Shown here: positions 1 to 8,580 of the stretch, piece by piece
Layout of the letters: each line of letters begins with the position of its first letter
Position numbering within the stretch: the stretch's first letter is position 1
Made by a program: the position numbers and the translations under genes
The notes under the pieces: generated by a model
Seen by the model: only the letters and a program-made list of their open reading frames with translations
What the model was told of the DNA's origin: nothing
Database searches by the model: none
Assembly (NCBI GenBank): GCA_036141575.1
Contig: JAYZXF010000002.1
Location: forward strand, 9,536-73,535
Source: Pseudomonadota bacterium
GTDB taxonomy: Bacteria; Pseudomonadota; Alphaproteobacteria; UBA2136; JAPKEQ01
Length of the DNA stretch: 64,000 nucleotides
Direction of reading: 5' to 3'

Positions 1-1589
1 TTCTTCGGGATTTCGCCTTTCGCTTCAAACTCAGCAAATTTTTGGTTAAAGCTTTGGATGTTCTTCACGCCCATGTCTGTCATTTGACGGTAACGTTGTT
101 CCATTTCGCGTACCACCCACTTCAGCGCGTTGTTGGCTTTTTGCGGGTCAATGATAACTGGTGTAATGAGGTGTGGAATATCGTTGTAAACAGAAAGTTC
201 CAGCATCTTTGGATCAATCATCACAAACTTTAGTTGGTCAGGTGTCATGCGGTAGAGCAGGCTAAGGATGAATGCATTCATCGCAACCGATTTACCAGAG
301 CCTGTTGTACCCGCAATAAGGGCGTGAGGCATTTTAGCAATGTCTGCGTATGCTGGGTTACCAGATGTATCCACGCCAAGGGCAACTGTTAGCTTGCCTG
401 GATGGGTCTCAAATTCTTCTGTCGCAAGAAGCTCGCGTAGCGTGACCATGCCGCGATTCAGGTTCGGCATTTCAATACCAATAGCATTGCGACCTGGCAC
501 TGTGGCGATACGGATTGACATGGCTGCCATAGAGCGCGCTAGGTCATCAGCAAGGTTAATCACTTGAGAACTTTTGACACCTGCAGCAGGTTCAAGCTCG
601 TAAATTGTAATAACAGGCCCTGGGCAGATGCGCGTGATTTTACCTTGGACACCGTAGTTTGCAAGCTCAGCCTCAATACGGCGCGCGTTTTGTTGAAGGG
701 CTTCATCATCTGTTGCTTCTTTTGCTTCTGGCGGCTCATCAAGCAGATTAAGCGCAGGGAGTGAAAATGAGTCGCTTAAGTTCAGTGGAAGAGCTGTTTG
801 CTTTTCACTTTCAACCTTGGCAGCAGGCTTTATTTGTTTTTGAGGCTTCTCAATAGCAGGTTTAGCAATGCTTTGTGCTGTTTGAGCTTGCTGCTTTTTC
901 ACAGCGTGCGAGATATCTTTCTTTACAGCCTCTGTTGGTGAGAAGAGAGGTAGGTCAATTTGTAGACTGCTCTTGTTGAAATTAATGCGACGCAGGCCGC
1001 GGTATGCATATTTGGCAAACATGCTCACAAAGCTGTAAGCAATGCGAGAGAAACGCGCAACGTCAGAGAAGGCATAGCCAGTCCACCATACAAATGATGT
1101 AAAGAATGTAAGCGCCATAAGTAGCAGTGTGCCAGCATAGCCAATCATTGGGCTACAAATTACAGCAAGGAGTTTGCCGAGAAGGCCTCCGTTACCAATA
1201 CTGTTTGGTGCTGGCCATTCTGGCATAACATTAAGGAGTGTGCAAAGTGTTGCAAAACTAAGGAGCATTGGGAGGAGGGCGCAAAGCCTAAAGCCGGCCT
1301 CATGGAAACCACGGTGCTTTACAAGCTGAGCCGCAAGAACCAGAAAGGCAACAGGGAGCCAGAATACGCTAAGGCCTAGGTATGTGATACCAAGATCAGA
1401 TACATACGATCCTGCAAGGCCCATGCTGTTATTGACCTGCGAGGACGCAGTTGCAACACTTAAGGATGGATCTGTTGCATTATGTGTAAAAAAGGCCAAA
1501 CATAAAAAAATAGCAGTAAAGAATAAACCGAGTGCTACGGCCTCTTGTGTGCGATGTTTGGCAAAATTAGATTGTGCTTTAGTTGGCAT
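1..1589 (-). CDS. ftsK: DNA translocase FtsK, N-terminal membrane and middle/motor part. Partial: the 3' end runs off the window start.
   Basis: Reverse-strand translation from the ATG at 1589 gives N-terminal TM helices, then a Walker A segment (GTTGSGKSV) and an FtsK-like motor sequence (MIDPKMLELSVY...). It is not in the ORF track because it has no in-window stop. Confidence 0.85.
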   Translation of the reverse strand, partial: MPTKAQSNFAKHRTQEAVALGLFFTAIFLCLAFFTHNATDPSLSVATASSQVNNSMGLAGSYVSDLGITYLGLSVFWLPVAFLVLAAQLVKHRGFHEAGFRLCALLPMLLSFATLCTLLNVMPEWPAPNSIGNGGLLGKLLAVICSPMIGYAGTLLLMALTFFTSFVWWTGYAFSDVARFSRIAYSFVSMFAKYAYRGLRRINFNKSSLQIDLPLFSPTEAVKKDISHAVKKQQAQTAQSIAKPAIEKPQKQIKPAAKVESEKQTALPLNLSDSFSLPALNLLDEPPEAKEATDDEALQQNARRIEAELANYGVQGKITRICPGPVITIYELEPAAGVKSSQVINLADDLARSMAAMSIRIATVPGRNAIGIEMPNLNRGMVTLRELLATEEFETHPGKLTVALGVDTSGNPAYADIAKMPHALIAGTTGSGKSVAMNAFILSLLYRMTPDQLKFVMIDPKMLELSVYNDIPHLITPVIIDPQKANNALKWVVREMEQRYRQMTDMGVKNIQSFNQKFAEFEAKGEIPK

Positions 1590-1878
1590 TCCCGTTCTCC
1601 TTCTCCAACTACAGTTTTACGGCAAAAAATCCCAAAAATCCAGTAAAGATCGTACAAAAATACTTTAGAAAAAGTAGAGTGTTACTTATATGATACAAGA
1701 CTTTAATGAATGGCTTTTGATTTGGAATTAAATTGCATGTTCATTAAATGAACAGTTTACAAGAAGCGCAAAACTTATAAGACTTTCTCCAAAGTCTATT
1801 TTTGGGCTGGTCCATTTGGGGCCGCAAAATAATCTCTTCGGAGAACAACTATAACTAAACAAAAATAGGATAAATCCA

Positions 1879-1998
1879 ATGAAGGATATGATCAAAATGA
1901 TGTTGGCTGTATCTATGATTGTTGTAGCTGGTTTCGCTGTATCTGCATGTGATGATGACGATAGCAGTGCTACTGGTCTGGTAATCAGAAACAACTAA
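1879..1998 (+). CDS. Small putative lipoprotein (39 aa), entericidin-like in size.
   Basis: ATG at 1879 with an AGGA box 8-9 nt upstream. The translation is MKDMIKMMLAVSMIVVAGFAVSAC-DDDDSSATGLVIRNN, a signal peptide plus lipobox-like VSAC. Codon usage matches the downstream highly expressed gene. It is below the ORF-track size cutoff. Confidence 0.4.
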   Translation: MKDMIKMMLAVSMIVVAGFAVSACDDDDSSATGLVIRNN

Positions 1999-2074
1999 TC
2001 GTTGATATAAACAACATTTTCGTTAGCTAACGGAAAACTTATAAAAAATAAAATAAATAATAGGGAAGTTCAAA

Positions 2075-3736
2075 ATGAACAAACTTCTTAAAAGCACATT
2101 GATCGCCGGCGGTGTGATGGGCGCTTTCTTCGCTTCTAACGCGAACGCGCAATCATTCAACGTCCTGATCGATGAAATTGAGCTTGTTAGCGATGCTGAC
2201 AACTACATCTCATCTGCTGCTACTGTGTACAAGCCATCTGTTGGTGTAGGTGCAGCAACAACTACAACTGTTGACTTCTTTGCTGATGACAACGAGCGTT
2301 ACAACCTAGTTAAGCCTTCAACTGGCGTGTACGAGTCTATGATCGTTCACTTCACAACTGCTGAAGTATCTGGTTCTACTGCTGGTATCACTAACGTTGA
2401 CCTAACAGACGTTCCAGGAAACGGTGGTTTCCGTGGCGCTCTATTCCACCAGTACGGTGGTCGTGACGTAATGATCTTTGGTTCAATTGGTGACGGTCTT
2501 GGTGCTTCTATTCAAGACGTAATTGCCGGTGCTGTTGCTATTCCAATGCAGCCTGTTGTTGTGACTGCTAGCGGTTTCTCAGTTCCTGAGTTCAACTGGA
2601 ACTTCCCAGCTGCAAGCGTAGAAGAAATTGGTACTGACGTGAACCTTGTAAGTTCTCTAAAGCCATTCACTCTAGCAAACAACGTTGATAGCTCTGACGT
2701 TATCGACTTTGAATTCACTGTTAAAGCAAACGCTTTTGCTGCTGCAACTGACTTCAACGCTGGTACTTCTAACATTGCTGTAGGTCTATTTGCTAAGTCT
2801 ATGACTGATGCTCGTCCTATGTTCCACCAAACGTTCCGCCCATCTGCTGCTGACGTAGCGGACGGTTCTGCGAGCGAAACAATCACATTCTACGATGTTC
2901 CTGCTGTTGACACTGTACCAGTTGCTTGGTTCGATGCTGACAACGATAAAGAACTTGACCAGGGTGAGTACGTTTCTATGGCTGACTTCACAGTAGAAAA
3001 CTCAGATGTACTTGGTACTGCTATCGATGCAGCTCAAACAGCTGACTCTACTGTAGCGTTTGACTACAACAGTGCAATCAGTGCTGTAACTCAAACTGCT
3101 GTACCATTTGGTTACCGTACGTTTGACCTTGTGATCCCAATGGGTGACCTTGATGGCGCGACTGCTGCTCTAGCTCCTGCTGATGCAACATTCAACGCTT
3201 CTGGTATCATGGTTACTGATGCTGGTGCTGGTCCTCTAGCTACAAGCACTTGGGCTTCTACTTCAGGTACAGCTCTTCTACAAGTTGCTTACGACATCTT
3301 TGATGATGGTACAACTCAAGTAGCTCGTAACTTTGACCTAGCGATTGGTTACGGTGAAGAAACTGGTAACAGTGATGCAACAATTGATTCTGGTGAAGCA
3401 ATGTTTGTCGTAATGGCTAACGCTGCTGCTGACAACGTTTCAGGTGTATCATTTGTTTCTAGTACTGAGCTTCTAACGATCTCTGGTATCCCATTCACAG
3501 CTATTACAGCTGTATCTGCGGATAACACTGGTGAGTACTCAGTAACTGTAAACTCAACTGATGACACAACTCCTACAACGACTGCTACTGGTCTTACAAT
3601 TGAAGAAGTTGGTTCTCTAACAGTTGGTGCTGAACTTGAAGCTCCTGTTGCTGGTTCGATCACTGTTGTCGTTGGTGATGGTGATGCATCAAACACTGAT
3701 GGTATCATCGACATCATTGACCTAGGTACTCTATAA
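2075..3736 (+). CDS. Large acidic secreted protein (553 aa) with an N-terminal Sec signal peptide. It is Ala/Thr/Ser/Asp/Gly/Val-rich and Cys-free. Possibly a major surface or S-layer-like protein, or an exoprotein.
   Basis: Long ORF with an AGGGAAG RBS. The signal peptide is MNKLLKSTLIAGGVMGAFFASNANA|QS. Codon usage is strongly biased (gct/tct/act/ggt/cgt/cta), like the ribosomal and atp genes in this window. A strong rho-independent terminator follows directly. Confidence 0.8.
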   Translation: MNKLLKSTLIAGGVMGAFFASNANAQSFNVLIDEIELVSDADNYISSAATVYKPSVGVGAATTTTVDFFADDNERYNLVKPSTGVYESMIVHFTTAEVSGSTAGITNVDLTDVPGNGGFRGALFHQYGGRDVMIFGSIGDGLGASIQDVIAGAVAIPMQPVVVTASGFSVPEFNWNFPAASVEEIGTDVNLVSSLKPFTLANNVDSSDVIDFEFTVKANAFAAATDFNAGTSNIAVGLFAKSMTDARPMFHQTFRPSAADVADGSASETITFYDVPAVDTVPVAWFDADNDKELDQGEYVSMADFTVENSDVLGTAIDAAQTADSTVAFDYNSAISAVTQTAVPFGYRTFDLVIPMGDLDGATAALAPADATFNASGIMVTDAGAGPLATSTWASTSGTALLQVAYDIFDDGTTQVARNFDLAIGYGEETGNSDATIDSGEAMFVVMANAAADNVSGVSFVSSTELLTISGIPFTAITAVSADNTGEYSVTVNSTDDTTPTTTATGLTIEEVGSLTVGAELEAPVAGSITVVVGDGDASNTDGIIDIIDLGTL

Positions 3737-3763
3737 TACCTAAGTTCTACAGATGACTTAATA

Positions 3764-3792
3764 AACCCCCGCAAGTGCGGGGGTTTTACTTT
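3764..3792 (+). terminator. Rho-independent terminator after the acidic secreted protein gene.
   Basis: The sequence aaCCCCCGCAagtGCGGGGGttttactttt is a GC stem followed by a T-run. Confidence 0.6.
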
Positions 3793-3826
3793 TGTGTTTT
3801 TATAAAAATCCTCTATACTTGCTTTC

Positions 3827-4825
3827 ATGAAATTTGAAACTGATTCTTTATTCTGGTCTGCTCAGCAAAAGCTTGAGTCTTTTGCTCAAACACTCCTGTG
3901 CTACATGCATTCAAAACGTACTTCTCTTCTCTCTCTTGTTGTGTTGAGTGTTTTGGTTGCTGTTATGTTGGTCTCTTCTGTTTTTGCACTGATGCCATAC
4001 TTGCCAAGCCTGATGCTCACAAGTAATCCAGAAACGACAGCTTATGCATTTGAAGCAGGTGATTTGAAAAAGGCGCAGGCAGTTTCACTTGAGAGCTATG
4101 ACTCTCTTGAGCGTGCTGCATGGTTTGGTGCATCAACACAGATGGCATTAAACGAGCTGCCAGTAGAAACAGTAAAAGCAGAAACAGCTTTGAATTTGAC
4201 TCTTAAGGGAACAATTTCTGGATCTTCACCTTACGCTATTATTGTGGATAACATGACGGGTGAAAGTAAACTCATTCAAATGGGTGAGTCTGTGCTTAAG
4301 GGGGTTGTGTTAAAAGATATTCAGCGCCGCATGGTTGTACTGAGTAACAAAGGTAAGTTGGAAAAGTTAAGCCTTCCTGGAAACGATTTCTCGCAATTTG
4401 TTAAGAATGAAGGCAGTGCTAAGAAGCCTGCTACTGTGAAACCTTCTCAGAAGCGCTCTGGGCCTTCTAACGTCTATGTTTCAAACAGGGAAGTTGTAAA
4501 GCGTCAAGAAGTTCGTGTTTCAAAAGCTGATATTAAAGATGCGTTCTCCAACCTTGGTCGCCTTGCAACACAAGCACGTTTCTTGCCTCGTATTGAAGGT
4601 GAAGAGATTGTTGGCTTCCGTGTCACAAAGCTTAAGCATGACAGCTTCCTTGCGAAACTCACAGTTCAAGAGAATGACATTCTTGTGAAGGTGGATGATG
4701 TGCCTGTGTCAGACCGTGATCGTCTCTTCCCGATGCTGATGGAACTGAAGAATGCTGATGAGGCTGAAATTGTTCTGAATCGTCGTGGGACGCAAATTGG
4801 TCTTCTTATTAAAGTTGACTCATAG
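3827..4825 (+). CDS. gspC: Type II secretion system protein C (GspC)-like: N-terminal TM segment, HR (PilP-like) domain, and C-terminal PDZ domain.
   Basis: A TM helix (LLSLVVLSVLVAVMLVSSVFAL) is followed by an HR-domain-like segment (LNLTLKGTISGSSPYAIIVDNMTGESKLIQMGESVLKGVVLKDIQRRMVVLSNKGKLEKLSLPG). The C-terminus is PDZ-like (IVGFRVTKLKHDSFLAKLTVQENDILVKVDDVPVSD). No other gsp genes are adjacent. Confidence 0.6.
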   Translation: MKFETDSLFWSAQQKLESFAQTLLCYMHSKRTSLLSLVVLSVLVAVMLVSSVFALMPYLPSLMLTSNPETTAYAFEAGDLKKAQAVSLESYDSLERAAWFGASTQMALNELPVETVKAETALNLTLKGTISGSSPYAIIVDNMTGESKLIQMGESVLKGVVLKDIQRRMVVLSNKGKLEKLSLPGNDFSQFVKNEGSAKKPATVKPSQKRSGPSNVYVSNREVVKRQEVRVSKADIKDAFSNLGRLATQARFLPRIEGEEIVGFRVTKLKHDSFLAKLTVQENDILVKVDDVPVSDRDRLFPMLMELKNADEAEIVLNRRGTQIGLLIKVDS

Positions 4826-4857
4826 ATACGACTTTGTTTTTATATCCCCTCTGTTAT

Positions 4858-4945
4858 GGAGAAGTGGCCGAGTGGCTTAAGGCGCACGCCTGGAACGCGT
4901 GTTGAGGGCAACCTCTCGCAGGTTCGAATCCTGTCTTCTCCGCCA
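4858..4945 (+). tRNA. tRNA-Ser (anticodon GGA), class II tRNA with a long variable arm and an encoded CCA.
   Basis: The 88-nt cloverleaf has acceptor GGAGAAG/CTTCTCC, an anticodon stem CACGC/GCGTG with loop CUGGAAC, a long variable arm, and T-arm GGTTCGAATCC. It ends with GCCA. Confidence 0.9.
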
Positions 4946-4952
4946 TATCAAA

Positions 4953-4976
4953 ACGCCCCCTTGTGGGGCTTTTTAT
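4953..4976 (+). terminator. Rho-independent terminator after tRNA-Ser.
   Basis: The sequence aacGCCCCcttgtGGGGCttttta. Confidence 0.55.
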
Positions 4977-5083
4977 ATGGGGTTAAGAGAAACAGAGATA
5001 AGAACCTGCGAAGCAGGTTTGAAAGCGAGGAACGAGCGCCCGTAAGCGAGCGGAGCGATGCGCAAAGGAGCAAAGCGACTGGC

Positions 5084-5094
5084 AATCCTGTCTT
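5084..5094 (+). repeat. Direct repeat of the tRNA-Ser 3' end (aatcctgtctt, 11/11 nt; also at 4927-4937). Possible att-site remnant.
   Basis: An exact 11-mer match to the T-arm/acceptor 3' portion of the adjacent tRNA sits about 150 bp downstream. It is followed by a low-GC gene. Confidence 0.3.
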
Positions 5095-5158
5095 TTCTTT
5101 ATTTGTACGAACTTATGATTGATGCTACTTTGTGTTGCATTAGTTTTAGAGGTTATAA

Positions 5159-5752
5159 ATGAAAAAAATAATATTCTTAGGCTTGAGTGCTCTTCTGCTT
5201 ATTTCTTGCAGTAAATCAGTTGAAAAACCAGTAAAGGCTGTGGCGACAGCGCCTATGAAGGTGGTGGGAGCTGCTATGGTTGCTCCTCCTTTGATAGGGC
5301 TTTATGCATATGGTTGTTTAGATGCTACTATTCCTCGTGTTTCTTTTGAAAAGGACCGCATTACTGATGTGACAGTTAATGAGCATGTAACGAAAAAAAA
5401 GTATAGCCACACTGTAGTGTGTGAGGCGTATCATGATGGCACCTGTGGGGGGACAGGAGGAGAATGGAAGTGGAGAGAGAAAATGCCTGTTTCTCCTCAG
5501 TACGGTAAGGCTGCTGATGGTCGTGATATTAAAATTAGTTTTGGTGGGTGTGGCGGGTATCCAAATATTACCTTTATAAATGAGCAGGGGGATGTTGATA
5601 GTGATGCTCATAAATATTGTGAAAAATTAGATGTAAACCCTCTGAGTGTTATGAAAGAGCCAGGAAGTATGTGTTACAGCGGACCAGACAAAACCGAACT
5701 TCTTATGAAGTTTACATATAAAAGAAAGCGCTTAAAGAATGAAAGCCATTAA
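5159..5752 (+). CDS. Cys-rich lipoprotein of unknown function (197 aa).
   Basis: The lipoprotein signal is MKKIIFLGLSALLLISC. About 10 Cys residues occur in CGG/GTCGG contexts. It is visibly more AT-rich than neighbouring genes (many aaa/tta/att codons). Its 3' end overlaps the convergent rsmB stop. Confidence 0.7.
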   Translation: MKKIIFLGLSALLLISCSKSVEKPVKAVATAPMKVVGAAMVAPPLIGLYAYGCLDATIPRVSFEKDRITDVTVNEHVTKKKYSHTVVCEAYHDGTCGGTGGEWKWREKMPVSPQYGKAADGRDIKISFGGCGGYPNITFINEQGDVDSDAHKYCEKLDVNPLSVMKEPGSMCYSGPDKTELLMKFTYKRKRLKNESH

Positions 5753-7053
5753 TTAGCTATCTTTTCAGCCCTCTTTAAGACCGCCCCAAAGAATCCGTCA
5801 CAACCATGTTCTGCTGGAGTCAGGCGCAGATATGGTTGGGCGTATGGTAGGTTTACCAAGTTCTGATCTTTGAGAATATCCTGTGCTTGAACAAGTTCAA
5901 AGTCTGGATGCTTCTCTAGGAATTTTTGCACCGTGTGTGTGTTCTCTTGTGGCAGGAGAGAGCATGTAGCGTACACCACGTGGCCTGTATTATTTACAAG
6001 GCGAGAGGCGCTTTCTAGAATACTCAGCTGAATGCGATGGTACTCAGCAATATCTGCTTTAGTCAGGCGCCATTTGGCATCTGGGTTACGGCGCCATGTG
6101 CCAGTACCGCTACATGGGGCATCAATCAGAACCACATCAGCTTTGCCTTTGTGTTTCTTCACCCATTTATCATTCTCATCGCTCAGAAGCTGACGACGAA
6201 CGTTATGAACGCCATTACGCTTACAACGCTTAGAGAGTTCTTCCATGCGACGCTCAACAATATCACAGGCGTAAATGGTACCTTTGTTTTCCATGAGTGC
6301 GGCAAGGGCGAGCGTTTTACCACCTGCACCTGCGCAGAAATCAACAACAGTTTGGCCCGGCTTTGGCGCGCAGAGTTGCGCAAGAATTTGTGAGCCTTCA
6401 TCTTGCACTTCAAACTGACCTTCACGGTAGGCATCGAGTGTGTGGAATGGGAAGCGCTGATGAACACGCACGCCATCTGGCGAGACTTGCATGTCTTCTG
6501 CTTCAAGGCCTTTGGTTTTAAGAGCCTTTTTCACGCGGTCTTTATCAGACTTGAGTGTGTTGACGCGGATGTCCACAGGCGCTTCTGTGAGCATGCCTTT
6601 CATTTGACGTGGGAGTTGGTCCCCAAAAACACCAAGAAGGTGTTCATATGTCGCGTCAGGCACTTCTAGCATTACTTCTTCAGGAGCATTTTCAAACCAG
6701 TTCTCTGGCGTATCGTCTAAAACGTTTTCTTCTGTTGGAGACAGTGGTTCTGGTACGTGGCGCTCACCTGTGCAAGCCTCTTTAAGTTCAAGGTATGTGC
6801 ACACGTCGCTGAGGATAGCGGCAGCAAAGGTGCGCTTTCTTGCGCCTACGTCTCCCGCTTTCCAAATGTATTCAGCACGGCGCCAGTGGCGGAATGTTGT
6901 GTAAACAAGGCTGCTGATAAACTTTTTATCGCTTCCACCAATGTAACGACGGTCACGGAAGTAAGCTGCCATGAGGCGGTCAGCAGGGCGTGGGTTATCC
7001 ATCCAAATTTGGATGATATCAATTGCGGCTTGGAGGCGGGCAGCGTCTTGCAT
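5749..7053 (-). CDS. rsmB: 16S rRNA (cytosine-C5)-methyltransferase, RsmB/Sun (NOL1/NOP2) family.
   Basis: SAM-MTase motifs (VVDFCAGAGGKT, DAPCSGTG) with an N-terminal NusB-like region. Confidence 0.85.
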   Translation of the reverse strand: MQDAARLQAAIDIIQIWMDNPRPADRLMAAYFRDRRYIGGSDKKFISSLVYTTFRHWRRAEYIWKAGDVGARKRTFAAAILSDVCTYLELKEACTGERHVPEPLSPTEENVLDDTPENWFENAPEEVMLEVPDATYEHLLGVFGDQLPRQMKGMLTEAPVDIRVNTLKSDKDRVKKALKTKGLEAEDMQVSPDGVRVHQRFPFHTLDAYREGQFEVQDEGSQILAQLCAPKPGQTVVDFCAGAGGKTLALAALMENKGTIYACDIVERRMEELSKRCKRNGVHNVRRQLLSDENDKWVKKHKGKADVVLIDAPCSGTGTWRRNPDAKWRLTKADIAEYHRIQLSILESASRLVNNTGHVVYATCSLLPQENTHTVQKFLEKHPDFELVQAQDILKDQNLVNLPYAQPYLRLTPAEHGCDGFFGAVLKRAEKIAN

Positions 7054-7058
7054 AGGGG

Positions 7059-7988
7059 TTATTTCACCATTGTTTCGATAAATTCAATAATAGGAGTGGC
7101 CGTATCAATGCCTGTTGTTTTCTCAATACCGTTTAGGCCTGGAGAAGAGTTCACCTCAAGCACAACAGGGCCGTTTTTAGAGCGCAGCATATCTACACCA
7201 GCGACATTAAGGCCGAGTGATTTTGTGGCTTGTATAGCTGTTTGAATCTCTTCTTTAGAGAGTTCAACATTGCCAGCGCTACCACCACGGTGGAGATTTG
7301 AACGGAAGTCACCATCTTTGGCTTTACGTTTCATGCCTGCAATGACTTTATCACCCACAACAAAGCAGCGAATGTCTTCACAGTTGGCTTCTTTCACAAA
7401 CTCTTGCACCATTAGGTTTACCTTAAGGTCCATGAAGGCTTCAATCATGCTGATGGCTGTTTTACGGTCATCCATGAGGAAGACACCGTTACCATGTGTC
7501 CCTTCTAGAAGTTTGACAACAAACTGCTCTTGCTGCATTTGCTCCATAATGTGTGGTAGGTCATCTGGGTTATGGGCAAACCATGTTTCAGGCATGCCAA
7601 TACCATCACGAGAGAGGAGTTGTAGTGCACGTAGTTTGTCGCGTGAACGAGAAATAGCAATGGAGCGGTTTACACTGTGTACGCCCATCATTTCAAATTG
7701 GCGAAGTACGGCTGTTCCGTAAAATGTAATTGAGGCGCCAATGCGCGGAATAATCGCATCAAATCCTTCAAGAGATTCGCCTTTATACACAACAGATGGG
7801 TTGTTGCTTGAAATGTTCATGCTACAGCTGAGCGTGTTGATGATATGCATATCATGTCCACGAGCGCGGCCTGCATCAACAAGGCGGTTTGTTGAGTAAA
7901 TTTTAGGGGCAACAGAAAGCACGCCAATTTTAAGCGGTTTTTTAGCTTTTGTTGGGTTGCTTTTAATAAAATCAAACATGTGTGTCAT
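7059..7988 (-). CDS. rimK: RimK-family alpha-L-glutamate ligase (ATP-grasp).
   Basis: ATP-grasp fold sequence with an N-terminal pre-ATP-grasp region and RimK-like length (~300 aa). Confidence 0.85.
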   Translation of the reverse strand: MTHMFDFIKSNPTKAKKPLKIGVLSVAPKIYSTNRLVDAGRARGHDMHIINTLSCSMNISSNNPSVVYKGESLEGFDAIIPRIGASITFYGTAVLRQFEMMGVHSVNRSIAISRSRDKLRALQLLSRDGIGMPETWFAHNPDDLPHIMEQMQQEQFVVKLLEGTHGNGVFLMDDRKTAISMIEAFMDLKVNLMVQEFVKEANCEDIRCFVVGDKVIAGMKRKAKDGDFRSNLHRGGSAGNVELSKEEIQTAIQATKSLGLNVAGVDMLRSKNGPVVLEVNSSPGLNGIEKTTGIDTATPIIEFIETMVK

Positions 7989-8499
7989 CCAGTTGGTAAC
8001 GCTTAGATTGAAGCGTTATGCAGTGTTCAAGTTGTGGCGTGCCCATAAGGTGGGCAAATGTTGGGCTCACAAGACAAGCTTTACCAAGTGAGCTGCGGCC
8101 AAAGAGCATGCGGTAAGTCATATCTTTACGCGATGTGAGGGTGATATCAATTGGCCAACGGTACGGGCCAACATGCACCCAAGTCAGAATCACGTAGCGT
8201 GTGTTTGTTTTACCGTTGGAGCTGGTGATTTCACGTTTATCGAGAATTTTTGCTTCGCACGTGAGTTCTTCTTTGCGGTTTTTGCGGTTAGGGTGCGTAA
8301 TAAAGCGAACCCACTGCTCACCATCTTTTTCAAATGGGGTAATCTTTTCAGCATGCAGAGAGGACGTCTTTGCGCCTGTATCAATTTTGGCTTCGAGAGC
8401 CTCAATGCCGAGTTTAGGGAGTGCGACTGTTTCCACCCATCCCACCATTACTTGTGGGAATCTTGGCGGCTTGAGCGCTTGTGTCTTTTTCGTAGTCAT
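7972..8499 (-). CDS. RimK-associated retropepsin-like aspartyl protease (ATP-dependent zinc protease family, DUF785).
   Basis: About 175 aa, immediately upstream of and overlapping rimK. The family is routinely paired with RimK. The start is taken at an internal Met (MTTKK...). Confidence 0.7.
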   Translation of the reverse strand: MTTKKTQALKPPRFPQVMVGWVETVALPKLGIEALEAKIDTGAKTSSLHAEKITPFEKDGEQWVRFITHPNRKNRKEELTCEAKILDKREITSSNGKTNTRYVILTWVHVGPYRWPIDITLTSRKDMTYRMLFGRSSLGKACLVSPTFAHLMGTPQLEHCITLQSKRYQLDDTHV

Positions 8500-8580
8500 G
8501 GTGCGGATTATGGAGCCACTACAAACAAATTGCAACTCTTAGCCAAAAAATGCGTATACATAGTGTTTTGAAACAATATG

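Noticed and set aside
4981-5100. Possibility that the GC-rich stretch after tRNA-Ser is tmRNA (ssrA) or a second tRNA
   Set aside because: It has no tRNA-Ala-like acceptor/T-arm ending in CCA and no tag-reading-frame-like region. Only an 11-nt match to the tRNA-Ser 3' end was found.
4856-5122. 88-aa plus-strand ORF from the track
   Set aside because: It spans the tRNA-Ser gene and its terminator. It is an artefact of reading through a structured RNA.
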